Source: Vicugna vicugna
Lineage: Eukaryota
NCBI GenBank assembly: GCA_013265495.1
Contig: MU060807.1
Location: 5,636,921 to 5,700,920, forward strand
Reading direction: 5' to 3'
DNA length: 64,000 nt
The notes under the pieces were generated by a model. That model had not been told where the DNA came from and did no database searches. It saw only the letters and a list, made by a program, of their open reading frames with translations. The position numbers were made by a program, and so were the translations under genes. Positions 1-12,436 of the stretch are shown here, piece after piece; position 1 is the first letter of the stretch, and every line of letters begins with the position of its first letter.

Positions 1-990
1 GGCTAGTCTCCTTCCTACTTGAAAACAGAGGCAAACGTGTTTTTCTTTTGTTTTAGTTTTACAGTTTTACATGATCTAGAAAAAAAAAAAGGGAAGGAGA
101 GAGAGGTAGGGGGGAAAAGTGAAGGGGTAATTCACATAGGAAAGTCAAATGAAATACTAAGAAAGTGAAGGAGTCAAAGGCTTAGCCTCATGGAGAAGCA
201 CGGATACAGCGGACACATCCATAGCCACGCGTGGACCATTTTGTAGATCTGCTCCATAGTTCTATCTCGGCAGAGAGGTCCATACTTAGTGTCATTTACA
301 GAAGTGGATGCCAAAAAGAAATGATGTTTATAGAAATAGTGAATCAAACTTTTCCCTGTTGCCCATTCATTATGCTTCTGCATAGTTTGGCACCTGGGGA
401 TCCTGGCTGGTTAATCTGGTCCAACACTCTAACCCAAGAACAGTGACTCCCTTAGACTAGGTGAAGAAAAGCTCCCTTTGTGCTCAGGCCGAAGGCTGAT
501 GGAAAGATTATTTAGAAAGCCCATGTGCTTCATGGGCGTGGGGTGATCCCTCCCACAGCTGCCCCACGATGGAGGTTTGTGACAGGTCTCAGATTCCACC
601 CATCAACCACCAAAACCACTGTCCCTGCCACAGCTGGAAAGGTCTCTGTTCTTCTTCAGATTGTGGAATGGGGAAGGGCTGAAAGGGCAAAGCAAATACA
701 TGTTTTGCCCAATCTAAAGTTCTTGAAGTCCATCTTGCTGAAGACCTTTCCAGTGTTATCTGAAAGAACCGTCTTTAGTGGAAAGAAAATACCGTGGATT
801 TAGGAAGGCATTTTTTTTCTCTTACCTAATGTAAATGGAATGAGGGCAATTTTACTTTGCCAAGAATCGCAGGGTCTCTGGTCGTCATCTGGTTGAAGCT
901 CTTGCTTCCAGGGATGATGATCACCGCGAAACTTGGTAAAATGGTTGATAATCGATAGCGGACTTTGTGTTCTGTTCTGAATGATTTCTT

Positions 991-1104
991 CTAATGCATA
1001 CCCCTCCTGACACTGGAACTCAGAGTGTTAGTAGAAGAAAGTCAAGACTCTAATGCATACCCCCCTGACATTGGAACTCAGAGTATTAGTAGAAGAAAGT
1101 CAAG
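991..1104. repeat. Tandem duplication, two ~56-nt copies, period 59 nt
   Basis: Copy 1 (991-1046) ctaatgcatacccctcctgacactggaactcagagtgttagtagaagaaagtcaag and copy 2 (1050-1104) differ by one indel and two substitutions. Confidence 0.95.
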
Positions 1105-2527
1105 TGTAACTATGTTCATCTAATTTTTTTTTCTAAACTCTTACCATGTGGCAGAGCATTAAGTTCTTACGAATGCATGATCTCTTTTAGGCTCATGATG
1201 ACGCCCTTTGGGAAGTATGACTATTACCCCCACCATGCAGATAGAGAGACAGGGAATCAGAGCTAGGTTCAGGAACCCTCTCAAGTGCATGAAGAGCGTG
1301 TGAATGACCTAGGATGCAAACGCAGGTATTCTAACTTGTTGGTCAGTGCTATCCAGTTTCTCCATCATTTGGAGTTGTATGCTTTGAAGACAATTTTCAT
1401 GGAAACTGTCTCACAAGAATCTCAAAGTCATTGTTTTAATATACAAGGAGGCAGAACCAGGACTGGATGTAGGCTCTCTACCTCTGAACCTCAACCAGTG
1501 CCTTCCCTCTCTTCTGGAAGTTACAGGCTTCTTCCCCCATGACAACCATAAATGAACATGTGAAAAGATTCCAGACTCATTTGAGAGGTAATAGTAGTCC
1601 CAACAGGCTTTGGCTCTTTTTTGTAGAAACAATGAAGAGTGGGATGAGAGATGCTGAGAAAGCAAAATGACTAGGTGAGAAGATTAACTTCAAGGGAAAG
1701 CAGTTGTGATGGAAGGACTATGACTGAGAGAAAGCCCCAGGCTTCCCAAACTCCGTTATATTTTCAGCTTTTCTATTTTCTTAGAAGAACATAAAATACA
1801 ATTAATAAAATATGTATAAATAAAAATATTGAATCAACTGTTATATAAAAATTAACAAAATTCTGTTTTCTTTTAAAGCTTATCTAAAAGAAAAGAGTGA
1901 AATCCTTACCAGGAAGAAAAAATAAAAGACTCCATTTTTGCAATGAAGTGTTCTTTAAAACAGAAGTTACCTTCCATGCCAGCAGGCTGTGTTAAAAAGC
2001 ATTTAGGCATCTCTATTTAAATTCAAAAGAAATCTTGATTTTTGTTTTGTCCAAAATTAAGGATAAAGAGATGTTGAAGCATGATTGATTCCTAAGCCTT
2101 ATTTTATGGAATCACACCAAATGTCACCAAAACAGGATATCACATTCTCTGAAATTTTTTTTTTAAACTTACAAAATTTCCAGCCTTGACCTGGCATTAT
2201 ATAAATTTGTGTTGTCAATTAGAGGAAAGACACTGGGTTCTGCTTGCCACGACATCCATCCTTCAGTGACTTCTAAAACACATCACAGCTGCAGGAAGCT
2301 CACGTGACTCCCGAGGTCAGGGATGTAATCAGCTAGAAAGAGACTACACCCTCCTGTTTTATATAAATTCTTATTAAAATCTGCAGTTGCCTGGGGTCTA
2401 ATGATACTCTGCATGGACTTCTCCTTTCTTTTTCATAACTACTGCTGAAATTAACCTTGGAAGAGAGAGGGATGAGATTGATATTGTCGGTCGTTGGGGT
2501 TTGCATTTGACATTCCTCAAATAATGG

Positions 2528-2667
2528 NNNNNNNNNNNNNNNNNNNNNNNNNNNNNNNNNNNNNNNNNNNNNNNNNNNNNNNNNNNNNNNNNNNNNNNNN
2601 NNNNNNNNNNNNNNNNNNNNNNNNNNNNNNNNNNNNNNNNNNNNNNNNNNNNNNNNNNNNNNNNNNN
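2528..2667. other. Assembly gap (first of nine)
   Basis: N runs at 2528-2667, 20298-20469, 23456-23627, 40090-40226, 44198-44338, 47858-47997, 49482-49531, 51534-51665 and 51802-52077. Confidence 0.95.
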
Positions 2668-3139
2668 CCATCCTTTTGTGCAATTTTCCCTTCAGTATTT
2701 TTAAGTAGGAAATTTGCTAACCAATTTGTTTTTCATTCCTGTGAGTTTCAGGAATTTGGGAGTATTTTCAGTTTTGCAGAAAGATTTCAGAAGGTTTACC
2801 GATTGCGTGAATCACAGGTGATAACAGTTAAAATAATGGGGATAGTAATGGAGTTTACGTAATATATTCTAATCATTTAAGGTATAGGTTTTTAGAATAT
2901 ACTTCTCTTATTCCCCCCAACTCTTCTCTTCTCTGCCTCCGTATATCTCAGTAGAGGCTAAAAGTAATATCAATATATTACTGATACTGCAAAAGCCAGA
3001 GGTGTTGGGGCACGTGCCCAGTGTCACACAGTTGGTAGTGGCGGTGCTGGAATCTCTCTCATTCCAACTTGCACAAACTTTTATTAATGCTAAGGAAAGG
3101 AATGTACCCATGAATTTAATTTCCTATTTCTTCGCAGGA

Positions 3140-3400
3140 AGCCAGTCAACTCAGTTGGTTAAAACACCGTGCTAATGAGGACAAGGTCACAGGCTTGACC
3201 CCGCACTGGTATCTTTAGCTTGACGTTTACAAAGTTCCATTCTATTTCTAACCCAATAGACTTGAATAGAATAAAACTTCTGCTCAATTCCCTTTACAGT
3301 CAGAGTGTGAATGGTACATAGAAAACCCACCCTTACCACTAAGAAAACCATTCAAAGCCTTTGTTCTAAAGTTTATGTATGCAAAATCACGGTGTTGCCA
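3140..3400 (+). mobile_element. Ancient tRNA-Ile-headed SINE (MamSINE1-like)
   Basis: 3140-3211 aligns with tRNA-Ile(AAT) (CTCAGTTGGTT..GTGCTAAT..CAAGGTC) with mostly transition changes, a broken B-box and a broken acceptor stem. Downstream gagtgtgaatgg..aaacccacc..aagaaaacca resembles the MamSINE1 body as recalled. Confidence 0.65.
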
Positions 3401-5584
3401 CATCAGCCAAGATGAATGAGTTAACTGCCTTTTTGATTAATAACCCTTTATCTCTTTTTAACCCATTGAGTATATCTTCCTGCATCTCTCACTCCTAGTA
3501 TGTAGGGAAAGAATTGTTCCTCTTTACTCAATAAAGAGGTAACAGTAAGCATAAACATATTCAGGAGTAGTTTTGGGGCTACACACAATTTCTAGGCTCA
3601 GCCCCGGCAGTTCTCACCACACGCTCTGTAAAGACTGAGGACTGAGGCGCCAGGAAAACATGAACAAGGCAGGGATCTGGTCCTCGTGTACTCATCGCCC
3701 TGTTCCCTCTTTCGTGTCATGAGTCTCGTCTTCGGTGCGCCCATCGCGGACTAGCCTTCCAGTCACTTCCTCTTTTCCAGAGGCATGAAGTCTTCACGTT
3801 GTTTGTGGCCCAAAGAGAGTTCCAAACATTTTCTAAATGCCCGGTACTTCCAAGCGTGTTGTCTTGTGCTCTGGTCCAAAATAACAGCTGGAAGAGGACA
3901 GAGTGGCAAATGGCATTTTTATAACCAGTCGATGATGAACTGCTATTAGAGGAAGTTACATAAATACATTATTGAAACATCGCTGCTTAGGCCATAAAAC
4001 ATCTAGAGAGGGTGGTCAGAAGAGGATGCTTTGAGTCATACATACAAGTTAAAAGGTGGCCCTTTTTTTTTTAATCTGCTCATTCTTTCACCAGCTTGTG
4101 ATGCAGATTCTGACTCAGACCTCTCCAGTTAGAACCTCCTGCTTCTGCTTTGGACGTGGCCTTCTCCTCTCTGTCCTGGCAGAATTTCTTAGATCATGTT
4201 TTCTTATGAGCACACATTCAGCCAGCTTTCATGTCAGAAGACGATCTTGTCAACCAATTGAAACTGTATTTCCCTCTAGGCAATTCTAAGTTGAGTCTTC
4301 CAGAAAACAAAGGATTTCTCTTAAAGCAACAAGTCACCAACAGATAGAAATTTAGACCCTGAAAGAGCCCAGCTTAGAGGAAATATATTGAAGGTGGGCG
4401 ATCTTTCTTTGGGGGGCCCTTAGAATCATACCATGTAGAATCGATGTCTGTCTCCTCCTCCTCCTCATGAAGCAAATTCTAGCCACAAATATGTTTGACC
4501 TCTTAATGTGGGCTTCAGCAAATTGTTTGAGGATGAGGGCTTTGAGGAAAAAGTCACTGTTGGCTCTGAGATCACTAGATTGCACCCTTTTACACCGTTA
4601 GAAGATGGTTTCTGAAGGGGCACTAGACCCAGATTTCTTTCTGCTTCAAAAATGTCACCAGTATCTCATTCCCAGAGCAAACAGGATTTCTGTAATTTTT
4701 TTCTATTGCTCTGCTGGCAAGTCAGCCAAGTGGAGTACATTATTTCATAGTAAAATAAACCTTCCCCTTTTTTTTTGTTCCACGGGAAATTACTGAGTGT
4801 GGAGTACAGACGTGTCACCCTCACATTTCCACAAGATTTGCTTCCCTTTATAATTGTGGATCCTGCTGAGTTTAAGAACGATCAAAAGTTACAGAAGCCT
4901 GGTTTTCATTTCTCTTCTTTTGTTACTTCCTAATCTCCTATTTCATTTACCTCCCTTCTCCCTTTCCCGTCTGACCAACGTCCACTAACAGTACTGACTT
5001 AAAGGTTTATCCATCCAGATGCACCATGAGTGGGTTCAGTGGATGAGAAGTTATTTTATTATGAATGACTTTTTCATGAAAAATAGGAGTGAGAATTAAT
5101 TCATTCTGCTACAGAAATTCACGTAGTTGTTTGTATCCTTCAGGGGAACTGTTCGCCTGTTTGGGTATTTTCTCAGTCTGAGGACCCTGCCAACATCACA
5201 AATGACCAGCATCATAGAGAATCAACTGTAACAAACCTCTGGCTTAGACTTCCCAGTCCCAGAGAGAGAAGAGTAAGAGAAAATGAATTCCAGAAACACT
5301 CTCTTTGGGGTTTCGTATAGGTGATCCATAAATATTAGTTTTCTGTTTTGGTGGTGATTGAGAGAATGGTGTTCTGCTTTAGATTTTTGATTAATTTCCT
5401 TTTTTTTTTTTTAGCAGAACTTCTCTGTGGTTAAGAATGAAGATACATCATGTGATTGACTGTCTTATTTCTAAAGCATGTGCTAGTCATAAAAACAGTA
5501 AGTTGACAACTCATTTTTAAAAATTTTAAAAAGCCCAAACAAACAAACAAAAAAATGAAAGCAATGGGTTACTAATCCCCAGGT

Positions 5585-5790
5585 GCCCAGTTAGCTTAGG
5601 TAGTTAGAGCTCTACACTAATGGGAACGAGTCTCTAGGTCAACCATCCCATGAAGCAATTAAATTTAATCTGTCCCGTTGTCGCAGTAAATGAATGTTAC
5701 CCTGAAAACCCATCTTGCTAATGCCTGTTATTAATCACAAACAATAAGTAAGAAAGTTTAGCTAAACGCTACCAACCCCTCCCCACTACA
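5585..5790 (+). mobile_element. Second, more degraded MamSINE1-like element
   Basis: gcccagttagcttaggtagttagagctctacactaat resembles the same tRNA-Ile head, followed by a body-like ctgtcccgttgtcgcag..aacccatcttgctaatgcc segment. Confidence 0.5.
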
Positions 5791-6779
5791 CAAAATCAGA
5801 ATGTAATTCCGAGTAATGAGCCAAATGAGGCTGAGTTCAGAGCATCACTTTGGTAAACAAAACATGACATATTCTCAAATGGGTTTCAGGATTTAAATAT
5901 GTAGTGTATGCAGTTTCAGAATTCCTTAATGTTTCACTGCAAACCTTTGAAAGAATGGTTCAAAAGTAATCTTCCAATTATGACTTAAGGATTTAATTGT
6001 ACTGATTCATGGATATGAAATCTCCTCCCTGCATGCCGAGCATATGTGCTTAATTAACGCTCCAGAGAGATAAGCCAACCTGCAGAGATACGCCAGCACT
6101 TACAAGGCAGGCTGCACTTCCTAATAACTTTACCAGGACATTCAGGAAAGGTTCGCCATGTAAATTCTCTACCATGGTGGGTGAACCTATCAAAATAAAC
6201 GTGTACGTGAATTTAGGAAGGATGGCTAGCTTGAGCTGCCCTCTGTGAAGATTTTGGGGTAATTGAGAAAGGTGAGAGAGCTACATCAGAACAGCGGGAC
6301 ATTTTCTTTGGAGGAAGAGGTCCTCAGAAGTGCTACTATATCATTCACAGCACCGAGAGTTTTAAAACTTCTTTTCTTTCTTATAAATACAGGGAACCCT
6401 TTCCCTTCCCTCTGGCCCCTCCTTGCAAAATGATAGCTTGTTTGGAATTGTAATACATAGATAAAAATAGAATCTCTCAGGTTGAAGTAAGAATGGTGGG
6501 TCTGGGGCAGCCTAAAGCTACCTAACCTCCCATCCAATGGTTATTCTTTGATGGAACTAGGGGAGGAAGAAATGTGTGGATGTCAGTCAGCATTATTATG
6601 GAATCATGAAAAATACACTCCTTTGGGTGTGTCATGCTAGGTCTCTTTGTTACTGTACTTATCACTCCTAGTTCTAATGCTTAAGAAAAATAAAATATAA
6701 AATCTTGGACACACTGACCTAATATATGCACAGAAATACACTTGAGTGATGGAGTAGCTAAGTAAGGTAGATCTTCAGA

Positions 6780-6980
6780 TCTGGACTAGAGCTAGGAAGT
6801 CAGACAGAGCCCGAGTTCCTATCCAGCCCTCTCATTTGCTAGATGTATCCTACTGGGTGATTAAATCTCCTTGGTTGCCATCTGTCAAATGCAGGGGATG
6901 ATATATTAATACCCCTAGCACAGAGGTTCTGTGGGGTCCAAAGAGATAACTTATATGACGTATACAGTGTCAAGCATAAA
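6780..6980 (+). mobile_element. MIR SINE fragment
   Basis: MIR-core-like gagttcctatccagccc..ccatctgtcaaatgcagggatgat..gttctgtggggtccaaagagataac. Confidence 0.65.
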
Positions 6981-9779
6981 TTAAGTCCTCAGTCAATAAA
7001 ATGTCATTAATAAATAAAGAATTTGTATGGAATAGAAATTAACAATAATCATGAATTGAGAATATAGCAACAACTCTACAAGATTGAGCTAGAATTTATT
7101 CAGTGAGGGTATACCATATCTCTTAACTCCAGGCAATATTATTCCCTTAAACAGAGTCAAGAATATTAAATGCCAAAATAAAAGATTATTTATGAAGCTT
7201 ATCACTGCCTGGCAAGTTTCCATATAGTAGCTAATGAAGACATAAGTGGGTAATTTATTATCTTGCTTGTTAAGTGAGAAATATTTACCATTTTAATTTT
7301 GTTAGTTCTTCCATTGGCCTGGTGATTCTGCAAATTAATTAGCACTGCCACTGGTTGGAACTTGTGTCCACCAATAGAATGAAGATAAATCATTCATTAA
7401 GGTGTGAGAGAGAGAGAACAGATGAGGACTTGATATAATATCCCTTATTGGCTTCAGAAGCTGAGTGTTGGCAGTTAATAGGGGAAAGACAAAAGTATGT
7501 AAGATCAACTTTCAGAATGTTCAATTAATTAAAATAATATATTGGAAAGCTCAGCGTGGTTCTTGGCACAGACTAAACACTCAACAAATAGATGTCATCA
7601 TCTTCACTATCAGTATCATCCCTACTACCGTCATCATTCAAATGCACTCCCCCTGACTTAAATAGTAATTTTGTCCCAGCAAGACATTTCAGGCTACATC
7701 TATTGAAAAAAAAGAAAAAAAGAAAAAAGGAACCTGCTTACATGGCACCCACGGAAACAGACAAACCATTCCTTGTCAACTAGTAATTGACAAGATCAGT
7801 GGGCAAATGGGATGAAACTATCTAAGCACACCAGACCTCCAGAAGTTCCTGCTACATCTTGCAATCTAGTTGACAACCAAAATGGCTCGGAGGCTGAGGA
7901 TCCAGAGAAGAGCACGCCATTTTCTTTACTGTGACACCCTACCCTGAGCTCTTAGTTTGATGTGTTTTAAACCAAAAGAGTAGTGATGTTAATGGTTATC
8001 TGTAGTCACCATGCACTGCACCGTGCTTTTAAAAAAAAAACTGGGTGAGATTTCTTGGCTTGAGGTTTAGTGTCATTTCTCCAAGTCCAAGCCTTATTTC
8101 CTGAGGCTCGTGGTTTGGAATCCCAGTCTGGAGTTGGCATTCCAGTTCACCCTGGGCCTGCCACAGCTAGATTGAATTTGCTGTTTCTGGACTCGAGTGC
8201 TGAACAAGATCCTGGTGCCTCAGGTACGGGATGTTTGACCGTGGAGGAAGAACCCTCTGTCTGCAGTCTCCTTCACTCAGAGAATGGAATCACCCATGAA
8301 TATGTTTGGAACTACAGTGCAGGCATTGAACTCCTGTAGGTAACATACTAATGTGCTAGTGTTTAATTTCTTCTGTGGAAAAATATAGTGTATTTCCTCC
8401 TGTAAGATTGTCCAAATAGAGTAGATACAGAATGTACTAGCAGGAAGGTCGTAGATTTAACCCTTTGATGGCACTGGCATCTTGGGAGTTTGGTGTTCAT
8501 GGTTTCCTATAGATTTCTGAAAATCTCTCCTAGTCTTTGTCAATTTTATTTTAAAAAATGACAGCATGATTTTAAATGTAAATTAAGAAAAGCGTCATGA
8601 TCTTTAAAAGGATAAACATTTAAAATGTGTCTGATAGAGGATAACCATTAAAAAAAAAAAAAGAAAAACAACCTGATCTGGTGGATTATAAAATAAGCCA
8701 GGGGAGAAGCGCTCTGGGGAGTGCAGACTAACATGTCACGCTACCTTCTGTGAATGGTGTGCCCTTCCCAGAATGATTTGCAAAATTATAGTTTTGAAAT
8801 CCCCAGTTTCTTCCTCTTCCTACTCTCTGCCACAACGCTGCCTTCTTCCTCCTCTGGCCTCAAGTAAAGCGATGAAACTCTAAAAGGTTTTCTTGAACTT
8901 GCCCCTCACCCCCAAACCTCCTGCACAGGGGCAGTTGCTGGAAATGTCCCCGCCCGTGTTTTACAATGTTCTGTCTTTGGGGTTTGACTTACTACAAGGT
9001 AAAATTCAACTCTGCCTCTCCCCGTGTCCTCTGCCCACCCAGGTAAGCTATGTAATGTTGTTTCATTTCTTCCTCCATGTGGATTTCAGACACAGGAGCA
9101 GGTTTTTGATGGTGTGGAGCAGAAGAGAAAAGACAGGGATGGGATGAGGGAATGTCGGACAGAGAATGGAGACATGCACCCCGGGTGAGCTTATGCTCCA
9201 TCTGGAAACAAGAGAAGAGTTGAGATTTTTCCTTCTGACTAAGAGTCACTTCCTCCTTTTGTCTTCAGGTGACCCTAAAAATTGTTGCTTTGAAAGACAA
9301 ATATGGCCCCTTTAAATCATTCAAGTTACACATTTTCACTGTCTAATAATTTAAATAGGGGTAGAGAAGACAGTTTAATTGGTCAATATTCTAAATCTTT
9401 GTTTTTGCTAGACTCATTTAGGAATAACGAGATAGTGGCCATTTAATTGGGCAGAATCACACAAGTCATTCTTTAATGTAGTAAGTAAAATAGCCTTTAT
9501 TTTCTCGTTAAAAACGATTTGGCTATTGGTTGAAAAGGGAGACTGGAAACCGTGCATTTGGGGGAAAATGGTTAATAGTTGATCCATATAAATACATTAT
9601 AATTAGGTTCTTGTTTATTTTTTTTTTAAGGAAGTAGGTAAGACCCTAAGTCATATGGACTCCTGTAACATGAACACAGCGCTGGAAAAATTTCCTCTTA
9701 ACTCATTCAATGCAACTGTAGTGGAGTTGACCTCACACTTAGAAGTTCAAGCCATACACATTGTAGAAGAACAGTCTAT

Positions 9780-10430
9780 CCCAAATTTTATTCACTTCTG
9801 GGGTCTCTGTGACTCTCCATTGGTCTTTTTGTAGTCTCTATATCAGAGATTTTATGCATCGCTGAGTTTTCAACTATTATCTCTGCAGGCAAGACTCTTA
9901 AATTGCACTCTCCAGCCCCCACTTCCCTTGAGTTCCAGAACCACGTTTGCAACTGCTCTCTAGATATTTCTATTCTAATGTCCTTCTTTTAGCTCAAGAA
10001 AATCCCCCCAAAAGCAGTTTTTATCCATTCTCTAAAACCAGTACTCCAGCATTCTATCAACATGGACCCATTTGTAACTTTTAATTGAATCCCCACATTT
10101 ATTCAATTGATAAATTCTGTTATTACCTCCTTCCAAATAAGAGCTGTACTAGAATCTTTCTCTCCATTATACAATCAAAACCATGTCCACCTTTTACTAG
10201 TTCTTGCCGAAAACACTTCCTGATGTTCCCTGTTGTTTCTATGTTGGGGGTCATTCAGTTAGCAATTTGTTATGTACCGTCTTTTGTAATGCCATCTAAA
10301 CTTTAAAAAAAAAATTCGAATTGTAGTGTCTTAAAGTGTGATTATATTTGACTGTTGGAGCCCTCAGGAACTCCCATCAAACCGAAGACCCAGCATAGCT
10401 CAAAATGCAACCTTTTCAGGCTGATCTTTG
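9780..10430 (+). mobile_element. L2 LINE fragment
   Basis: L2-like ctccagccccacttcccttgagttccagaacc..caactgctctctagatatttc..gtccttcttttagctcaa and ccctcaggaactcccatc..cccagcatagc. Confidence 0.6.
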
Positions 10431-12324
10431 TTACTAATTTTCAGGGTTGATGGTTGAGCCAAATGGAGTGTTTTACTTACCCTGGCTGATCATTATGCTC
10501 ATTAACATTATTAGCTGAAAGTTAAGAACAAATAGATTGCTGGGGGAAAAGTCCTATTGGGTAATTTTACTAGGAAACAGAGAGGGGAGGAGGAGTCCAC
10601 AAAGTCTGATGAAATACTGTTAAAAAACAAACAAAAAAGACGTGCCACAGGAGGCTTCTCCTTCTTCCAGTGATGATGAGGCAAGAAGAGGCACCTGGTA
10701 TACAAAGATGTTTTAAAATGCATCTTTTTATTTGTGAAAGTTCTCAACCGAAATATCACCGTAACAGCATTTTTAACAAAGGTCAGCACATTTCCTATCC
10801 CGGCAGAAGGCACAGTGAAGTACCGCAAGATTTTCTCCCGAAAGGAAGCTGCGCAGGGCTGTGACTCACCGTGTGAGGCTTATCTACAGAAAAACAGAGC
10901 CGATGGTTTGGTTATTTTAATACACATGTTATCCCCACCTACAGGACTTGTTTAAGGCTCCTAATTCCCGCCTCACTCTACAATTATGTTGTGCAGACTG
11001 TTCGAAAGCCAGCAGTACTGTCATTAAAATGTGCGCTGTGCTCTGGTCCTGCTGAAAATACCAAATGCTTGTGGGCAGTCTTAGTGACCACACGCTGAGG
11101 CCAGTCGCAGAATTTCCCATTCGCGGTGACTGTGCTGGCGAGTGTGCTCTCATGAAACACAAGCATGATCCTGAGTCCCGTGTGCCCCGGGCACAGGTAC
11201 CGCTTTCCTATAGGCACTTTCTTGACCAGCCTAAGAGTGTGAGATGCCGTCTGCTGGAAACTGATAATATGGGCCATTCTGCAGTGAAACCTGGGCTGCG
11301 TCCATCAGTAGATCTAGAAAAACTGATGTTCTTTGTACTTCATGTTCCCTTTTCTACTTGGCATGGATGGTATATGCATAGCGTTGCTGAATTAGGAAAT
11401 TCCTGGATCACTCTGTTCTAAACAGCCTTCCATTTCAAGATGTAAATTTGATTGAATGATCAATTTGTAGGGTTGGGAAGACTCATGGGAGAGTGAATAA
11501 GCCCAAACCCAGGGCATACTCAGTTATAAGACACATCTTAACTTCACAGATGTTAAAATAGAAGAAAAAAATGGCACCGTAGCATTTAAGAAAAGTAGCT
11601 ATCCCAGTAGCAACCTTCAGTTTAAATGGATCATGAGCACAGCTGAGACGTTCAGAAATACACAACAGGTCAACTTAATGTTTACAGTTTGGTTGATTAA
11701 ATAGGGATAAGGTATGATGGGGTTTGGGAACGTTTTGCTTTATACGGCACTCGGCATTGTAACATAGATATTTGCAGAATTTAAATGTGGTCAGACATTC
11801 TAGTCAACATAGGTCTTGGACTGAGCTAGTAATTCTAAGAACGTTCTGTAGCATTAGGATATGGACTGACAAATTCCACATGTGCTTGACACATAGTAGG
11901 TGGTTAATAAGCACTGACTGACATGTGGGCTCAAATTTAGTTTTGAGCTTATGGGTCTCCGTGGGTTGTTGTCATTGGCTCTTTGGGAGCCTTCTAGGCG
12001 TGTTGTTTCAGTTAGCTTTATCTTAACAAAGTTGTGCTTTTGAATGTGCTTTTGCATAGTGACATCTACTTCAGCTCTTCAGTTAATTAAAGTTACGTGA
12101 AATTATTCTGATTCTTACAGGGTGCAACATGGCAGTCCGTCTAGTGTATGTGCTCATTCTTCAGAGCACAGGTACGGCGTGACAATCCAGTTGACAGCTC
12201 AACTTACGTCAAGGTTTACCTGCAAATTGCAGAGTTGTTTAGAATCTGCTATAATAATTCCATGTGTATTAGTAACTCAATGAAGTAATTTAAATACGTT
12301 TTTTCACCCAGGAAAATATCCATA

Positions 12325-12436
12325 TTGATGCTGGGGCCCCATCCAAGATTATAATTTTGTCTGTGCTGGGGCCCAAGTATCAAAATAATTTAAAAAATTT
12401 CTATTGACTCAATTTGATTCAATTTGAGAATCACTG
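12325..12436 (+). mobile_element. MER5A/MER5B-like hAT-Charlie fragment
   Basis: gatgctggggccccatccaaga..ctggggcccaag..tttgagaatcactg matches the MER5 3' half and terminal repeat. Confidence 0.6.

Noticed and set aside
3140-3211. Functional tRNA-Ile gene
   Set aside because: The acceptor and anticodon stems and B-box are disrupted and the sequence continues into a SINE-like body.
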